From Minisyncoccota bacterium (GTDB taxonomy: Bacteria; Patescibacteriota; Minisyncoccia; JBAYJV01): a DNA stretch of 54,120 bases. The stretch is taken from assembly GCA_041664925.1 (NCBI GenBank), contig JBAYJV010000001.1, positions 1 through 54,120 of the forward strand, in the 5' to 3' direction. The notes under the pieces were generated by a model. The model had not been told where the DNA came from. It saw nothing but the letters and a program-made list of their open reading frames with translations, and made no database searches. Of this stretch, positions 33,765 to 42,708 are shown one piece after another. The first letter of the stretch is position 1. Each line of letters begins with the position of its first letter. The position numbers and the translations under genes were made by a program.

Positions 33765-35024
33765 TTATGGTGTTTGAACAATCGCCAATCCGCCAGCTAT
33801 ATTTTCTACCGCCATATAGGTATAGCTATTTTTATAAAAAACCCCATTTCCTTCACCTCCTATATCGAAATTATCGATAAAAACAGGATGATTAATCGAT
33901 GATGTATTCATTCTAACTAAGCCGCTTTCTGTATTTTTGCATGCTAAATAAACCTTGCGATTATCATAATAAGCATTATTGCAACCGGAACTAACATTAA
34001 CGACAGAAAGCCGATCGATCGAAGATCCGTAAAGAGAATAAGTCTCAAAACCTCCTGAAGCAATATCAACGGCCACATAAGCATAAGCATAATCTCCCTC
34101 GTCGCTAACATCGAAACCGCGACCAGAATTAATGGCTAAATATATCCAACCATTAACAACCTTAACATCATAAATATATAGCCCCTTATTGTAGGATCGG
34201 TAATATTGTGGAGTGGCAGGATTTGAAACATTGTACATAACTAACCCTTCGTTAGTTTTAAGTTGTCCGATATAAGCATAACCATTAAAGACAAAAATTG
34301 AAGTTGGTTTGGCTGATAAGTTTACCGAAGCAACTTGGTTTGGACTAGAAGGATTAGAAATATTAAGAATTACCATTTTGTTTGTCGAAAGGACCACATA
34401 GGCATAATTTCCAACCACAAAAACATCTTCTCCAAAGCCATTTAAGTCTTTAGTGGAAACGATTGACGGATTTGAAGGATTAGTCGTATTAACAATCATT
34501 AAACTCATGTGCTGATCATTAACAGCTAGATAGGTATAATTTCCCGATACATAAATATCATTGGCGCTATCTCCTAGGTCAATAATCCCACTTTCTTCTT
34601 CGCGAACTCTTTGCCAGTTGGTAAAATATGTTTTGAATTCCACTTGTTTTTCTTGACCAAAAGCATTAAACCACCTTATTGAACTTCTAACCTCTCTTTT
34701 GTTTTCGTTAATGCTGGCAACAGTAATTGTTCTTCGATATTTGTTTTCCAAAACATCGCTTGTTCCATTAAACACCCACGTACTGCCTGATTTTTGAAGA
34801 CCGTGGTCTCCTTGGATTAGTGCTTGCCAGTTACCATCACGAATCACTCTCGTTGCTTCCAGTCCTTCTTGCGCATAAAGATTCGCTTTATATAACGTTA
34901 AATTAACTCTTCCTACATCCTCGCCCGAAAATAAAAGCATTCCGCTTGAAGATAAAAACAAAACAAAAACCGCGGAAGCAATAATAAGTTCAATAATAGA
35001 AAATCCTTTTTCTTTAAAATTCAT
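33765..35024 (-). CDS. prepilin-like protein fused to an LVIVD-repeat beta-propeller
   Basis: 419 aa with N-terminal 'KGFSIIELIIASAVFVLFL' and repeated 'GNY(A/T)Y(L/V)...L.I(V/L)N(I/T)SNPS.P' units (LVIVD repeats). Confidence 0.75.
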   Translation of the reverse strand: MNFKEKGFSIIELIIASAVFVLFLSSSGMLLFSGEDVGRVNLTLYKANLYAQEGLEATRVIRDGNWQALIQGDHGLQKSGSTWVFNGTSDVLENKYRRTITVASINENKREVRSSIRWFNAFGQEKQVEFKTYFTNWQRVREEESGIIDLGDSANDIYVSGNYTYLAVNDQHMSLMIVNTTNPSNPSIVSTKDLNGFGEDVFVVGNYAYVVLSTNKMVILNISNPSSPNQVASVNLSAKPTSIFVFNGYAYIGQLKTNEGLVMYNVSNPATPQYYRSYNKGLYIYDVKVVNGWIYLAINSGRGFDVSDEGDYAYAYVAVDIASGGFETYSLYGSSIDRLSVVNVSSGCNNAYYDNRKVYLACKNTESGLVRMNTSSINHPVFIDNFDIGGEGNGVFYKNSYTYMAVENIAGGLAIVQTP

Positions 35025-35028
35025 AATT

Positions 35029-35499
35029 TCACGGATTACCTAAGGATGCGCTAAGTTCCAAAGATATAGTCCCTTGACTGTTAATTGTAATTACATTTAT
35101 TCGAGCACCGCTTGAAAGACGAATCTCGCCAGACTGATTCGGCAGTCCTGTTAATTTATAAAAGACAATTTCAGATAATCCACTAACTTCTATACCGTTG
35201 GGGATCGCGAATTCTTGATCGTAAGCAACACTTCTACTTGCATAGCTATTTCCTTTAAAAGAAATGAAAGCATCGCCATTGATAAAAACCCCGTAATTAC
35301 TATCAAGATTTTGACTAGCCGCATATGCTTGAGATAGACGCAAAGTTTCTAAGAGATCGCGTGAAATTCCATCAAGCCGCTCTACTTTAAAAAAACGCAG
35401 TCCATACGGAACTGCAAAACTTAATAAAACAAAAAAAAGCGCAATGACCAAAGAAATTTCCACTAAAGTAAATCCCTTTTTCATAAAAATTGGGTTCAT
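35029..35499 (-). CDS. prepilin-type minor pilin (GspH/FimT-like)
   Basis: 156 aa with 'KKGFTLVEISLVIALFFVLL'. Confidence 0.75.
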   Translation of the reverse strand: MNPIFMKKGFTLVEISLVIALFFVLLSFAVPYGLRFFKVERLDGISRDLLETLRLSQAYAASQNLDSNYGVFINGDAFISFKGNSYASRSVAYDQEFAIPNGIEVSGLSEIVFYKLTGLPNQSGEIRLSSGARINVITINSQGTISLELSASLGNP

Positions 35500-35506
35500 T
35501 GCTTTA

Positions 35507-36559
35507 TTAACCAGCCTGGATACTGCTGGTAAATTGATAAATTGGCATCAAGATAGAAATAGCAACTACTCCAACGACCAAACCGACAATAATAAGCAGC
35601 ATCGGCTCTAAAATATCCGCCAAATTCTTGGTTGCCATATCAACATCCTTTTCATAAAAATCAGCCACATAAAATAATGTTTCCTCAAGAGTTCCTGATT
35701 TTTCTCCAATTTCAATCATTTTTGACACCATACCAGGAATCAAGCGCGGTGATTTTTTAAGAAACGAACTTAAGTTTTCTCCTTTTCTTAATTTTCCCGA
35801 GGCCTGTTCTAGGGTTTCTCGATAAGCTAAATTACCTAAAGTTGCCGCGCTAATCTCAAGAGCTTCAACAATTGTCACGCCGCTTTTGAGAAGCGTTGCA
35901 AGCGTTCTTGTAAAATAGGCAACATTTAATTTTTTAACCAATGACCCAAAAACTGGCGCCTCTACAAGAAGTCGGTGAAAGAATAATTTTACTTTTTTAA
36001 CTTTCAGAACAAACCTAAAAAGAATTATAAAGACAATAAATCCGACAATATAAAAAACGCCCCATTTTTCTAAGTGTCCGATAGTGCCTAAAACAATTCT
36101 CGTAACAAGCGGTAGTTTTACGTCAAGACTTTTAAAGAAACCGATTAATTTCGGCATAATGAAAACTGCCAAACCGAAACCCATTGCAAAAGTCGCGCCT
36201 AAAACAAGGAGCGGATACATCATCGCGCTTTTAACCTTTTTCTTTAAATTGTAATTATCCTCAAGTTGTTTTGATAAATGTTTCAGACTTTCTTCCAAAG
36301 TTCCTGACTCTTCGCCAATTTTTATCATGCTAATAAAAAGGTTGCCAAAATCTTTCTCGTATTTACCAAGCGCTCCGGCAATCGTGCTGCCTTTTTTTAT
36401 GTCTTCGACAAGTTCATTTAAAATCTTTTTAAAAGCTTTTGTCGTCGCCTGATCCGCCAATTCACTAACACTTTGCGCCAAAGAAACGCCCGAAGTAAGC
36501 ATCAACGACAAATGCTTCGCAAACAAAACCTTTTCAATTGTCTTTACCTTATTAAACAT
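35507..36559 (-). CDS. pilC: type IV pilus platform protein PilC (GspF family)
   Basis: 350 aa with two T2SF-type repeats and three TM segments. Confidence 0.85.
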   Translation of the reverse strand: MFNKVKTIEKVLFAKHLSLMLTSGVSLAQSVSELADQATTKAFKKILNELVEDIKKGSTIAGALGKYEKDFGNLFISMIKIGEESGTLEESLKHLSKQLEDNYNLKKKVKSAMMYPLLVLGATFAMGFGLAVFIMPKLIGFFKSLDVKLPLVTRIVLGTIGHLEKWGVFYIVGFIVFIILFRFVLKVKKVKLFFHRLLVEAPVFGSLVKKLNVAYFTRTLATLLKSGVTIVEALEISAATLGNLAYRETLEQASGKLRKGENLSSFLKKSPRLIPGMVSKMIEIGEKSGTLEETLFYVADFYEKDVDMATKNLADILEPMLLIIVGLVVGVVAISILMPIYQFTSSIQAG

Positions 36560-36598
36560 ACTTAAATTTTTAACCTTGCACTTTAAATTAAAAGATCT

Positions 36599-37150
36599 CT
36601 ACTTCGGAAATATTCCACGGTCGTAAATTGGTGATTTTTTTGAATCTGTTCCGTCAAAATTTGAATTTGCCGGATTCGTGCCACAATCTGGACTTTGATT
36701 CCATGTCCAAGTTATGGTCTTTATGTTTTGGGAATTATCATCCATATCTTGATTCAATATATCGCTATCTTTATTCTCAAGTTTGGTGCCAATATGATAA
36801 TATATGTTTTGCTTTCCTTTAATAAGACTTGTGTCTGCTCCAACTGCATAACAATAAGGGTTGCTAGTTTTAGGATCTTTTGGAAAAGCGCTCATGTTAA
36901 GAAATCCTTCAGTAGCAAGAGCTGCAAGACCCGAGGTTGATGCTTCTGGGTATTGGAGATGAGCAGCGTAATATAACTCAAGCGCTAATTCAACTTGACG
37001 AACATCAGAAACACGCCGAGCATCACAAGATCCCGAACGACAACCATGACGTAAAGACATTCTGGAATGTACCAAGCAAAGTATTCCAACAAATACTAAG
37101 ATTTCTATTATAAGGACCATTAACGGCACATTTATTTTTATTTTTTTCAT
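36599..37150 (-). CDS. divergent pilin-like protein without a canonical G|F cleavage site
   Basis: 183 aa. 'PLMVLIIEILVFVGILCLV' followed by 'DARRVSDVRQVELALELYY', an alpha1-C pattern typical of pilins. Confidence 0.5.
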   Translation of the reverse strand: MKKIKINVPLMVLIIEILVFVGILCLVHSRMSLRHGCRSGSCDARRVSDVRQVELALELYYAAHLQYPEASTSGLAALATEGFLNMSAFPKDPKTSNPYCYAVGADTSLIKGKQNIYYHIGTKLENKDSDILNQDMDDNSQNIKTITWTWNQSPDCGTNPANSNFDGTDSKKSPIYDRGIFPK

Positions 37151-37161
37151 ATGTTACCGCA

Positions 37162-37860
37162 TCAATCATCTAATATACCTCCCCATTCTACCACCGTAAA
37201 ACCATTTCTCGCCGGAGTAGTGATGGCGGGTTCTTTTATTTTAATTATTTCTTTTAATGGTTTTAGATAAAAATTCAGCCTAATCAAAGTATCCGGTTTT
37301 GGCTCAACAACTAAATTCATATTTTTCTCTAAATAAGAATTCTCAAGCAGCCTAATCTCGTAATAATTACTCTGTGGCAACTCTTTTAACCAATATTCTT
37401 TAAACTGATTTTTTTCTTTTTGGTTTAATCCTAAATTAATTAAATTGACATCAAGCCACCCTTCAAGATCATTAAATTCTACAATCCAACCCGTAGGCGG
37501 CAGATCTAGTCTCCTTAATTTTGCTTCATAAGATAAATAGTCATATTGATTATCAATTAATCCTTGCTTAGTTGCGAAAACTTTCCAACCATTGTTATAT
37601 TTTGGAAAATCATTAATCAACTTACCGTTAATATTTAATTTAACGCTGATTATTGAATCTTGTTCTGGGTATAAATAAACTGCAGGTTTTCTTGCGCTTG
37701 TCAAACTAGTCATAACAACTAAACACATAATGAATAAGATAAAAATAATAATTCCTGCGACGACGTAAGGAGATCGGCTAGTTTTTCTGTGATAATACTG
37801 GTCCAAAAATTTTTCTTCTCTTGTTTTTTTCTCGTTTTTATTTTTATTATTTTTTTTCAT
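37162..37860 (-). CDS. membrane-anchored hypothetical protein
   Basis: 232 aa with a basic N-terminus and a single TM, embedded in the pilus locus. Confidence 0.55.
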   Translation of the reverse strand: MKKNNKNKNEKKTREEKFLDQYYHRKTSRSPYVVAGIIIFILFIMCLVVMTSLTSARKPAVYLYPEQDSIISVKLNINGKLINDFPKYNNGWKVFATKQGLIDNQYDYLSYEAKLRRLDLPPTGWIVEFNDLEGWLDVNLINLGLNQKEKNQFKEYWLKELPQSNYYEIRLLENSYLEKNMNLVVEPKPDTLIRLNFYLKPLKEIIKIKEPAITTPARNGFTVVEWGGILDD

Positions 37861-37985
37861 TATTTAAAAATTGAAAATTAAATCATTAAAACACTCATTA
37901 AAAATTAAGAATTGATAATTGAAAATTATATTTATTAAAGCCCGACTTCAATATTTTTTTATTTTTTATCTTTTATATTTTATTT

Positions 37986-39671
37986 TTATTGAATCACTCT
38001 CATCACTTCCTGAACTGTCGTCACGCCTTCAATAACTTTTAAAACACCATCTTCAATCATCCTCGTCATGCCATTTTTAATCGCCTGTTTTTCTATAACA
38101 TCGGCATTGGCTCGTTGCATAATTAAATTGCGAATAGTTTCCTCTATTTCTAGAACTTCAAAAATTCCCTGACGACCTTGGTATCCTGTAAAACCGCATT
38201 CCTTACAACCTTTGCCTCGATAAAATCTCAATTCTTTTATCTCTTTTTTTTCTTTAGTTAAACAATCGATTAATTCTTCGGGTAGTGTTTTTCTGAGTGA
38301 ATCTAAGCTAATAGTATAGCTTTCACGACAGCTGATACAGATTTTTCTGACAAGTCGTTGGGCAACAACCACATTAATAGATGATGCCACCAAAAACGGC
38401 TGCACTCCCATATCGCTTAAACGAGGAAAGGCCGTTGCTGCATTATTAGTGTGAAGTGTTGAAAGCACCAAATGTCCCGTCATAGCGGAATTAACGGCAA
38501 TACTAGCAGTTTCTTCATCTCTAATTTCTCCCACCATAATAATATCCGGATCTTGCCTAACAATAGACCTAAGCCCAGTTGCAAAAGTTAGATTGGTTTT
38601 TGAATTAACCTGAATCTGATTGATACGATCAATAGCATACTCTACTGGATCTTCAATTGTTGAAATATTAACTTCGGGCGTATTGACTGTTTGAAGAATT
38701 GCGTAAAGTGTTGTCGTTTTTCCTGAACCTGTCGGACCTGAGGCAAGAATCATACCATAAGAACGCCCTGTCACTTTTCTCATAACTTCCAAGTCTCGTG
38801 GATTCAAGCCAAGATCTTCAATGTCTAGAGCGCGAGATTTTCCTGCAAGAATACGCATAACAACTTTTTCTCCTTCAACGATCGGAACAACCGACACTCT
38901 AATATCAAAATATTCTTCTTCAAATTTTTTGCGGAATTTGCCATCTTGCGCCGCTAAATGTTCGTCCGTTCTCATGCGCGCTAAAACTTTGATTCTCATA
39001 ATAATCGGTTCTTTGAACTCAACCGGCAAATAAATAACATCATGTAAAATACTGTCGATGCGATAGCGAACAACAACTTTATTTTCTCGCGGTTCAATAT
39101 GGATATCAGAAGCCCTATTTTCGTAAGCATAATCAACAATACTATCAACAATACGAATGATCGGCGCATCTTCCGGTTTTATTCCTTTTGTTGCTTTGGC
39201 TAATTGTCCTTTAATTAATTTTTCAAAATGTTCTCTAAAGCCTGCTCGATAGCGCGCAAGAGCTCCATTTATATCTCTTGTTGTTGCATAATAAGGAATA
39301 ATTTTATTACTTGTCTTTTTTTCAAGCCACTCAATCATTTCAAGATTTTTCGGATCTGCCATCGCCACCCTCAAACCTTCTTTGTCTTGTTGAAAAGCAA
39401 TAATTTTCTGAGTTTTAGCGACCAGTTGAGGAATAATTTTTAAAACCTCATCGGCAATAACAATTTTCCTTAAACTAATAAAAAGAACACCTAAGTCTTC
39501 AGCAATTAGGTGTCCCAGTTGTTCTTCTGTTATAAAATCTTTTTCAGTTAAAACTTTTGTAATAGTTGTTTTTGTTTCATCGGCTAATTTCTTTGCTGAC
39601 AAAAACTGCTCTCTGGTTAAAATTCCAGAATCAACCAAAAGTTCTTTAAGTTTAACCTCCCCGATATCCAT
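37986..39671 (-). CDS. pilB: type IV pilus assembly ATPase PilB (GspE family)
   Basis: 561 aa with Walker A 'GPTGSGKTTT', Walker B 'DPDIIMVGEIRD', and C-terminal tetra-Cys 'CISC...CKEC'. Confidence 0.9.
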   Translation of the reverse strand: MDIGEVKLKELLVDSGILTREQFLSAKKLADETKTTITKVLTEKDFITEEQLGHLIAEDLGVLFISLRKIVIADEVLKIIPQLVAKTQKIIAFQQDKEGLRVAMADPKNLEMIEWLEKKTSNKIIPYYATTRDINGALARYRAGFREHFEKLIKGQLAKATKGIKPEDAPIIRIVDSIVDYAYENRASDIHIEPRENKVVVRYRIDSILHDVIYLPVEFKEPIIMRIKVLARMRTDEHLAAQDGKFRKKFEEEYFDIRVSVVPIVEGEKVVMRILAGKSRALDIEDLGLNPRDLEVMRKVTGRSYGMILASGPTGSGKTTTLYAILQTVNTPEVNISTIEDPVEYAIDRINQIQVNSKTNLTFATGLRSIVRQDPDIIMVGEIRDEETASIAVNSAMTGHLVLSTLHTNNAATAFPRLSDMGVQPFLVASSINVVVAQRLVRKICISCRESYTISLDSLRKTLPEELIDCLTKEKKEIKELRFYRGKGCKECGFTGYQGRQGIFEVLEIEETIRNLIMQRANADVIEKQAIKNGMTRMIEDGVLKVIEGVTTVQEVMRVIQ

Positions 39672-39679
39672 TTTATAGA

Positions 39680-40102
39680 TTAATTTATACCCAAAATTTT
39701 CCTCACTTTTTCTGCTACTTGTTTAACGGTAAAATCCGTTTTAATCAAATAACCTTCAGCGCCCATCTCCATGCCACGCTTAATGTCGGAATCCTGTCCC
39801 AGGTTTGATAAAATAACCACAGGAATTCTCTTGATTGCGTTATCTTCCTTTAGTTTCTCAAGACAGGTAAATCCATCCATTTTTGGCATGATCAAATCCA
39901 ATAAAATAAGGTCAGGCTTTATCTCTCCTGCTTTTTGAAGCCCTTCTTCGCCATTCCCTGCCGTTGTTACATCAAAACCTTCTTTGGTGAGACCGGACTC
40001 ATACATTTTGACCAAAAACTCATCATCCTCAACAACCAAAAGATGAATTTTTTTATCTTCCATAGTATAGGATTTTAAACACAAATCGAAAACTGCCCCC
40101 AA
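39680..40102 (-). CDS. stand-alone response-regulator receiver (CheY-like)
   Basis: 'HLLVVEDDEF', 'DLILLDLIMPKMDG' and 'PVVILSN..K'. The probable start is M14 (40063). Confidence 0.8.
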   Translation of the reverse strand: MGAVFDLCLKSYTMEDKKIHLLVVEDDEFLVKMYESGLTKEGFDVTTAGNGEEGLQKAGEIKPDLILLDLIMPKMDGFTCLEKLKEDNAIKRIPVVILSNLGQDSDIKRGMEMGAEGYLIKTDFTVKQVAEKVRKILGIN

Positions 40103-40171
40103 TGAGGTTCTTTATCTAATTAGATTATACCAGAAAACAAAAATCTTTGCTTGGGGATAAAGTAAAGAGCC

Positions 40172-40213
40172 AGAAGTTAGAAGTTAGAAGTTAGAAGTTA
40201 GAATTAAGAATAG
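40172..40213. repeat. 7-nt periodic array (AGAAGTT x4 + variants)
   Basis: agaagtt|agaagtt|agaagtt|agaagtt|agaatta|agaatag, in opposite orientation to the other arrays. Confidence 0.7.
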
Positions 40214-40253
40214 TCATTCTGACCCTGTACAGTAATGGTGCAGGGGAAGAATC
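40213..40253. repeat. hairpin-family element
   Basis: gtcattctga[ccctgtac-agtaatg-gtgcaggg]gaagaatc. Confidence 0.5.
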
Positions 40254-40288
40254 TTGTGTTTAATGCTCGTATTGTGTATTTCGTACAA

Positions 40289-40318
40289 CAAAAAAAGGCG
40301 AGTTGTGATGCTCGCCTC
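40289..40318 (-). terminator. rho-independent terminator
   Basis: Minus strand GGCGAG-catcacaac-TCGCC + TTTTTTTG. Confidence 0.7.
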
Positions 40319-40329
40319 TGTGATACGCT

Positions 40330-40692
40330 TCATTTTGCGTGTCTCCGTAAGTTGGAAAAGGTTATTATACCCAAACTTATGTTAGTTGTTAACTTGCCAA
40401 AAGTAATAATCCATAAAACACCATTAAAAATATCAGCTAATCCCAACGCCATCATTTCAAGCATAGATGGTCCTCGCGTTCTACGAACAACTCCTCGCAA
40501 ATATAGATTGATTTCCTTTCTCGTCGGATGGGGATTGATTTCTTTATAAAGACATAACGGAATAGCCAACAAGCTGAATCCGCCATGAAAGATGCCCAAT
40601 GAAATAATGATAATCAAACCATCTAATACTTCTGCTAATCCTCGCAAAATGCCCTGCCACCAGGAAACAGTTGTTCTTTTGAAAATTTTCAT
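40330..40692 (-). CDS. small membrane orphan protein (GC-richer cassette)
   Basis: 120 aa with 3 hydrophobic helices, an AAGGAGGAGG SD, and its own promoter and terminator. Confidence 0.6.
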   Translation of the reverse strand: MKIFKRTTVSWWQGILRGLAEVLDGLIIIISLGIFHGGFSLLAIPLCLYKEINPHPTRKEINLYLRGVVRRTRGPSMLEMMALGLADIFNGVLWIITFGKLTTNISLGIITFSNLRRHAK

Positions 40693-40725
40693 AACCTCCT
40701 CCTTGTTTTTTTAAGAACTGTTCTA

Positions 40726-40753
40726 AGTTTATCACAATAATTCATTTTGTCAA
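40726..40753 (-). promoter_or_regulatory. sigma70-type promoter
   Basis: Minus strand TTGACA - 16 nt - TAAACT. Confidence 0.5.
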
Positions 40754-40926
40754 CAAAAAAAGTCCCGGATTTTTTACCGAGACTCTATGCTTTACGAAAG
40801 TATTTTATCAAACTTGCGATTCTTAGGACAATCGCTAAACAAAGTGCGCCATTTGCAACATAACTGAATAAATGCCAATACGGTTGCCATTTAGCCGCAA
40901 GACAAACTATGCAAACCGTAGCAACT

Positions 40927-40961
40927 AAAAAACAAAAGAGGGCTCACTTTTATGAGCCCTC
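40927..40961 (-). terminator. rho-independent terminator
   Basis: Minus strand GAGGGCTCA-taaaag-TGAGCCCTC + TTTTGTTTTTT. Confidence 0.75.
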
Positions 40962-41002
40962 GTATCCGAGGTCGAACCTCGGACATAGCTACTTCTTCTA
41001 CC

Positions 41003-41488
41003 TCACGCTACTCTCATGGTACTCATGAGTTGATCGTTGAGATCCGTCCAGTCCATCGTATGAAAACCGGTACGGGAACCCCAACCCTCACCGTTCCGCT
41101 TTTCTCCTTCTCGACAGACTTCTGTTTTCCACGCCTGGTAACGACACAGAGCGCGAACAACCAGCCGACGAAGTTTTGGTTCGCAGAGACAAACGACACC
41201 CTTCTCGTCAACCGCCATTGTTGCGATCGTGTAAAGAAACCGAACTTGCGACTGAAGTCCATTGGTGAGTTGAACAGAATCCCAATCTTGTGTATCAACT
41301 AGGATCTTGCCGACCCCAGTCGTAGGACGCTCCTCGGAACCATCGTCAACAGCAGGATAGTGATCACAGCTATCGATGATGGATGCCGCCGCTTGAGCAG
41401 CTAGCGCATCCAAAAGGATCGCATCGCACCCAAGAAGAACACTGTTTCCTCTTGCGCCCACATAGTACTCAACTCTACTGTCCGACAT
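41003..41488 (-). CDS. orphan protein, about 48% GC
   Basis: 161 aa with a GGAAGGAGG SD, its own promoter and terminator, and no motif I recognise. Confidence 0.6.
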   Translation of the reverse strand: MSDSRVEYYVGARGNSVLLGCDAILLDALAAQAAASIIDSCDHYPAVDDGSEERPTTGVGKILVDTQDWDSVQLTNGLQSQVRFLYTIATMAVDEKGVVCLCEPKLRRLVVRALCRYQAWKTEVCREGEKRNGEGWGSRTGFHTMDWTDLNDQLMSTMRVA

Positions 41489-41526
41489 CGAGACCTCCTT
41501 CCTTCGATTTTTCCTTCTTCTACTCC

Positions 41527-41555
41527 ATTATAGCATATTACATATCAAAAGTCAA
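41527..41555 (-). promoter_or_regulatory. sigma70-type promoter
   Basis: Minus strand TTGACT - 17 nt - TATAAT. Confidence 0.65.
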
Positions 41556-41589
41556 CCTTTTTAGTTGATTTTATAAAACTTAAACAAAT

Positions 41590-41670
41590 AAATCGGAGAC
41601 TCGGCCTCCGATTTATTAAAACCAGTCTGTGTTTTAAAGAAATATGTGGGAGGCTCAGCCTCCCACATAT
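41590..41670. repeat. ~81-nt double-hairpin terminator module (copy L)
   Basis: aaatcggag-actcggc-ctccgattt ... tctgtgttttaaaga ... atatgtgggagg-ctcag-cctcccacatat. About 75-80% identical to 42628..42708. Confidence 0.7.
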
Positions 41671-41703
41671 TTCGTTTAGTTGAGAATTGTCTATTGTATT
41701 TGG

Positions 41704-41734
41704 AATATTTTGGAAGTCTCACTTCCAAAATATT
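41704..41734. repeat. 14-bp perfect hairpin
   Basis: aatattttggaagt-ctc-acttccaaaatatt, 3' of the 228-aa gene. Confidence 0.6.
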
Positions 41735-41796
41735 TTGATAAAAAAAGAGAGGATAACTACGCTGAGTTACCCCCTCACTATTTGTTTCAGTTGATA

Positions 41797-42483
41797 CTAT
41801 TGCCAACATCTACTGAGACGACGGCAACCCTTGCAACGGACTGGAGAGTTGACTAACAACTGTCTGCAAGTCGGACACCGATACGCTTCGATGGGACGAA
41901 GATGTTTACAGGCATCAGGATTCCACAAGTCTTGCGAGAGTTCCCGGCCCCCCGTATGCTCATCAAGTTTAGTCAAGATGTCTTTGAGAGCTCTGACGAT
42001 GTTGGGATGAAAACTCTCAAACCTGGCAGAGTCCTGCCAAGTTTGATAATCTCGAGTTACTTGAGGAATAAAGAGTTCAATCCTTCTTACTCGCCCTCCT
42101 CTACCAAAACACATTTCCAGTTTGAAAACTGGACCAATAATCCGACCAAGCCTCACCTCTTGCTCATTTGCCGATGACTTCATCTCCGTAACTTTCTGGG
42201 CAATCAGCATCAGATAATCCTGAAAAGCATGAAAGGGCAAATCCATATCTCTGCCAAACAACCTTCTCACCGCTTCTTTCAAAGCGTCGATGTGGTTGTT
42301 AAGACAATTACTCACGGACACAAATGAATCTGTGTGCCACCCTGCCCTAATCTTAACTGTTGCGGTCTCTATACTCTTTCTTCCTCCAACTCCATTCCAG
42401 ATACTAATCGTGAAGCCATCTCCGCCCTGAAAATACTGAGCGATTCCCCTCAAAAAGACGACAATGTTGCTCCAGTTTACCAT
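41797..42483 (-). CDS. orphan protein with C-terminal Cys4 (zinc-ribbon-like) tail
   Basis: 228 aa with a GAAGGAGG SD, a promoter with a 5' UTR of about 70 nt, and 'CPTCRQ...CKGCRR' at the C-terminus. Confidence 0.6.
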   Translation of the reverse strand: MVNWSNIVVFLRGIAQYFQGGDGFTISIWNGVGGRKSIETATVKIRAGWHTDSFVSVSNCLNNHIDALKEAVRRLFGRDMDLPFHAFQDYLMLIAQKVTEMKSSANEQEVRLGRIIGPVFKLEMCFGRGGRVRRIELFIPQVTRDYQTWQDSARFESFHPNIVRALKDILTKLDEHTGGRELSQDLWNPDACKHLRPIEAYRCPTCRQLLVNSPVRCKGCRRLSRCWQ

Positions 42484-42552
42484 CTATTCCTCCTTCGCGA
42501 GTTTATGATTGCTTGTTTTATGATCGAAATAGAATTCGACCATCCGTCATTG

Positions 42553-42581
42553 ATTATACCATATTGAAAATTAAAAATCAA
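42553..42581 (-). promoter_or_regulatory. sigma70-type promoter
   Basis: Minus strand TTGATT - 17 nt - TATAAT. Confidence 0.6.
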
Positions 42582-42627
42582 GCTTTTTAGGAAAAATAAG
42601 CCACTTTAGTGCAATTCAAAAACAAAA

Positions 42628-42708
42628 AAATCGGAGGCTTAGCTCCAGATTTATCAAGACTGATCTGTGTTTTAAAGATATATGTTGGAGGTCTCACCTC
42701 TAACATAT
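42628..42708. repeat. ~81-nt double-hairpin terminator module (copy R)
   Basis: Begins at the stop codon of the 328-aa membrane-protein gene. The second hairpin is followed by TTTTTTTGTTTTT on the minus strand. Confidence 0.7.

Noticed and set aside
40952-41302. ORFs 40952..41302 (+) and 41023..41298 (-) overlapping the 161-aa gene
   Set aside because: The higher local GC keeps the frames open. Only the 41003..41488 frame has an SD, a promoter and a terminator in the correct arrangement.
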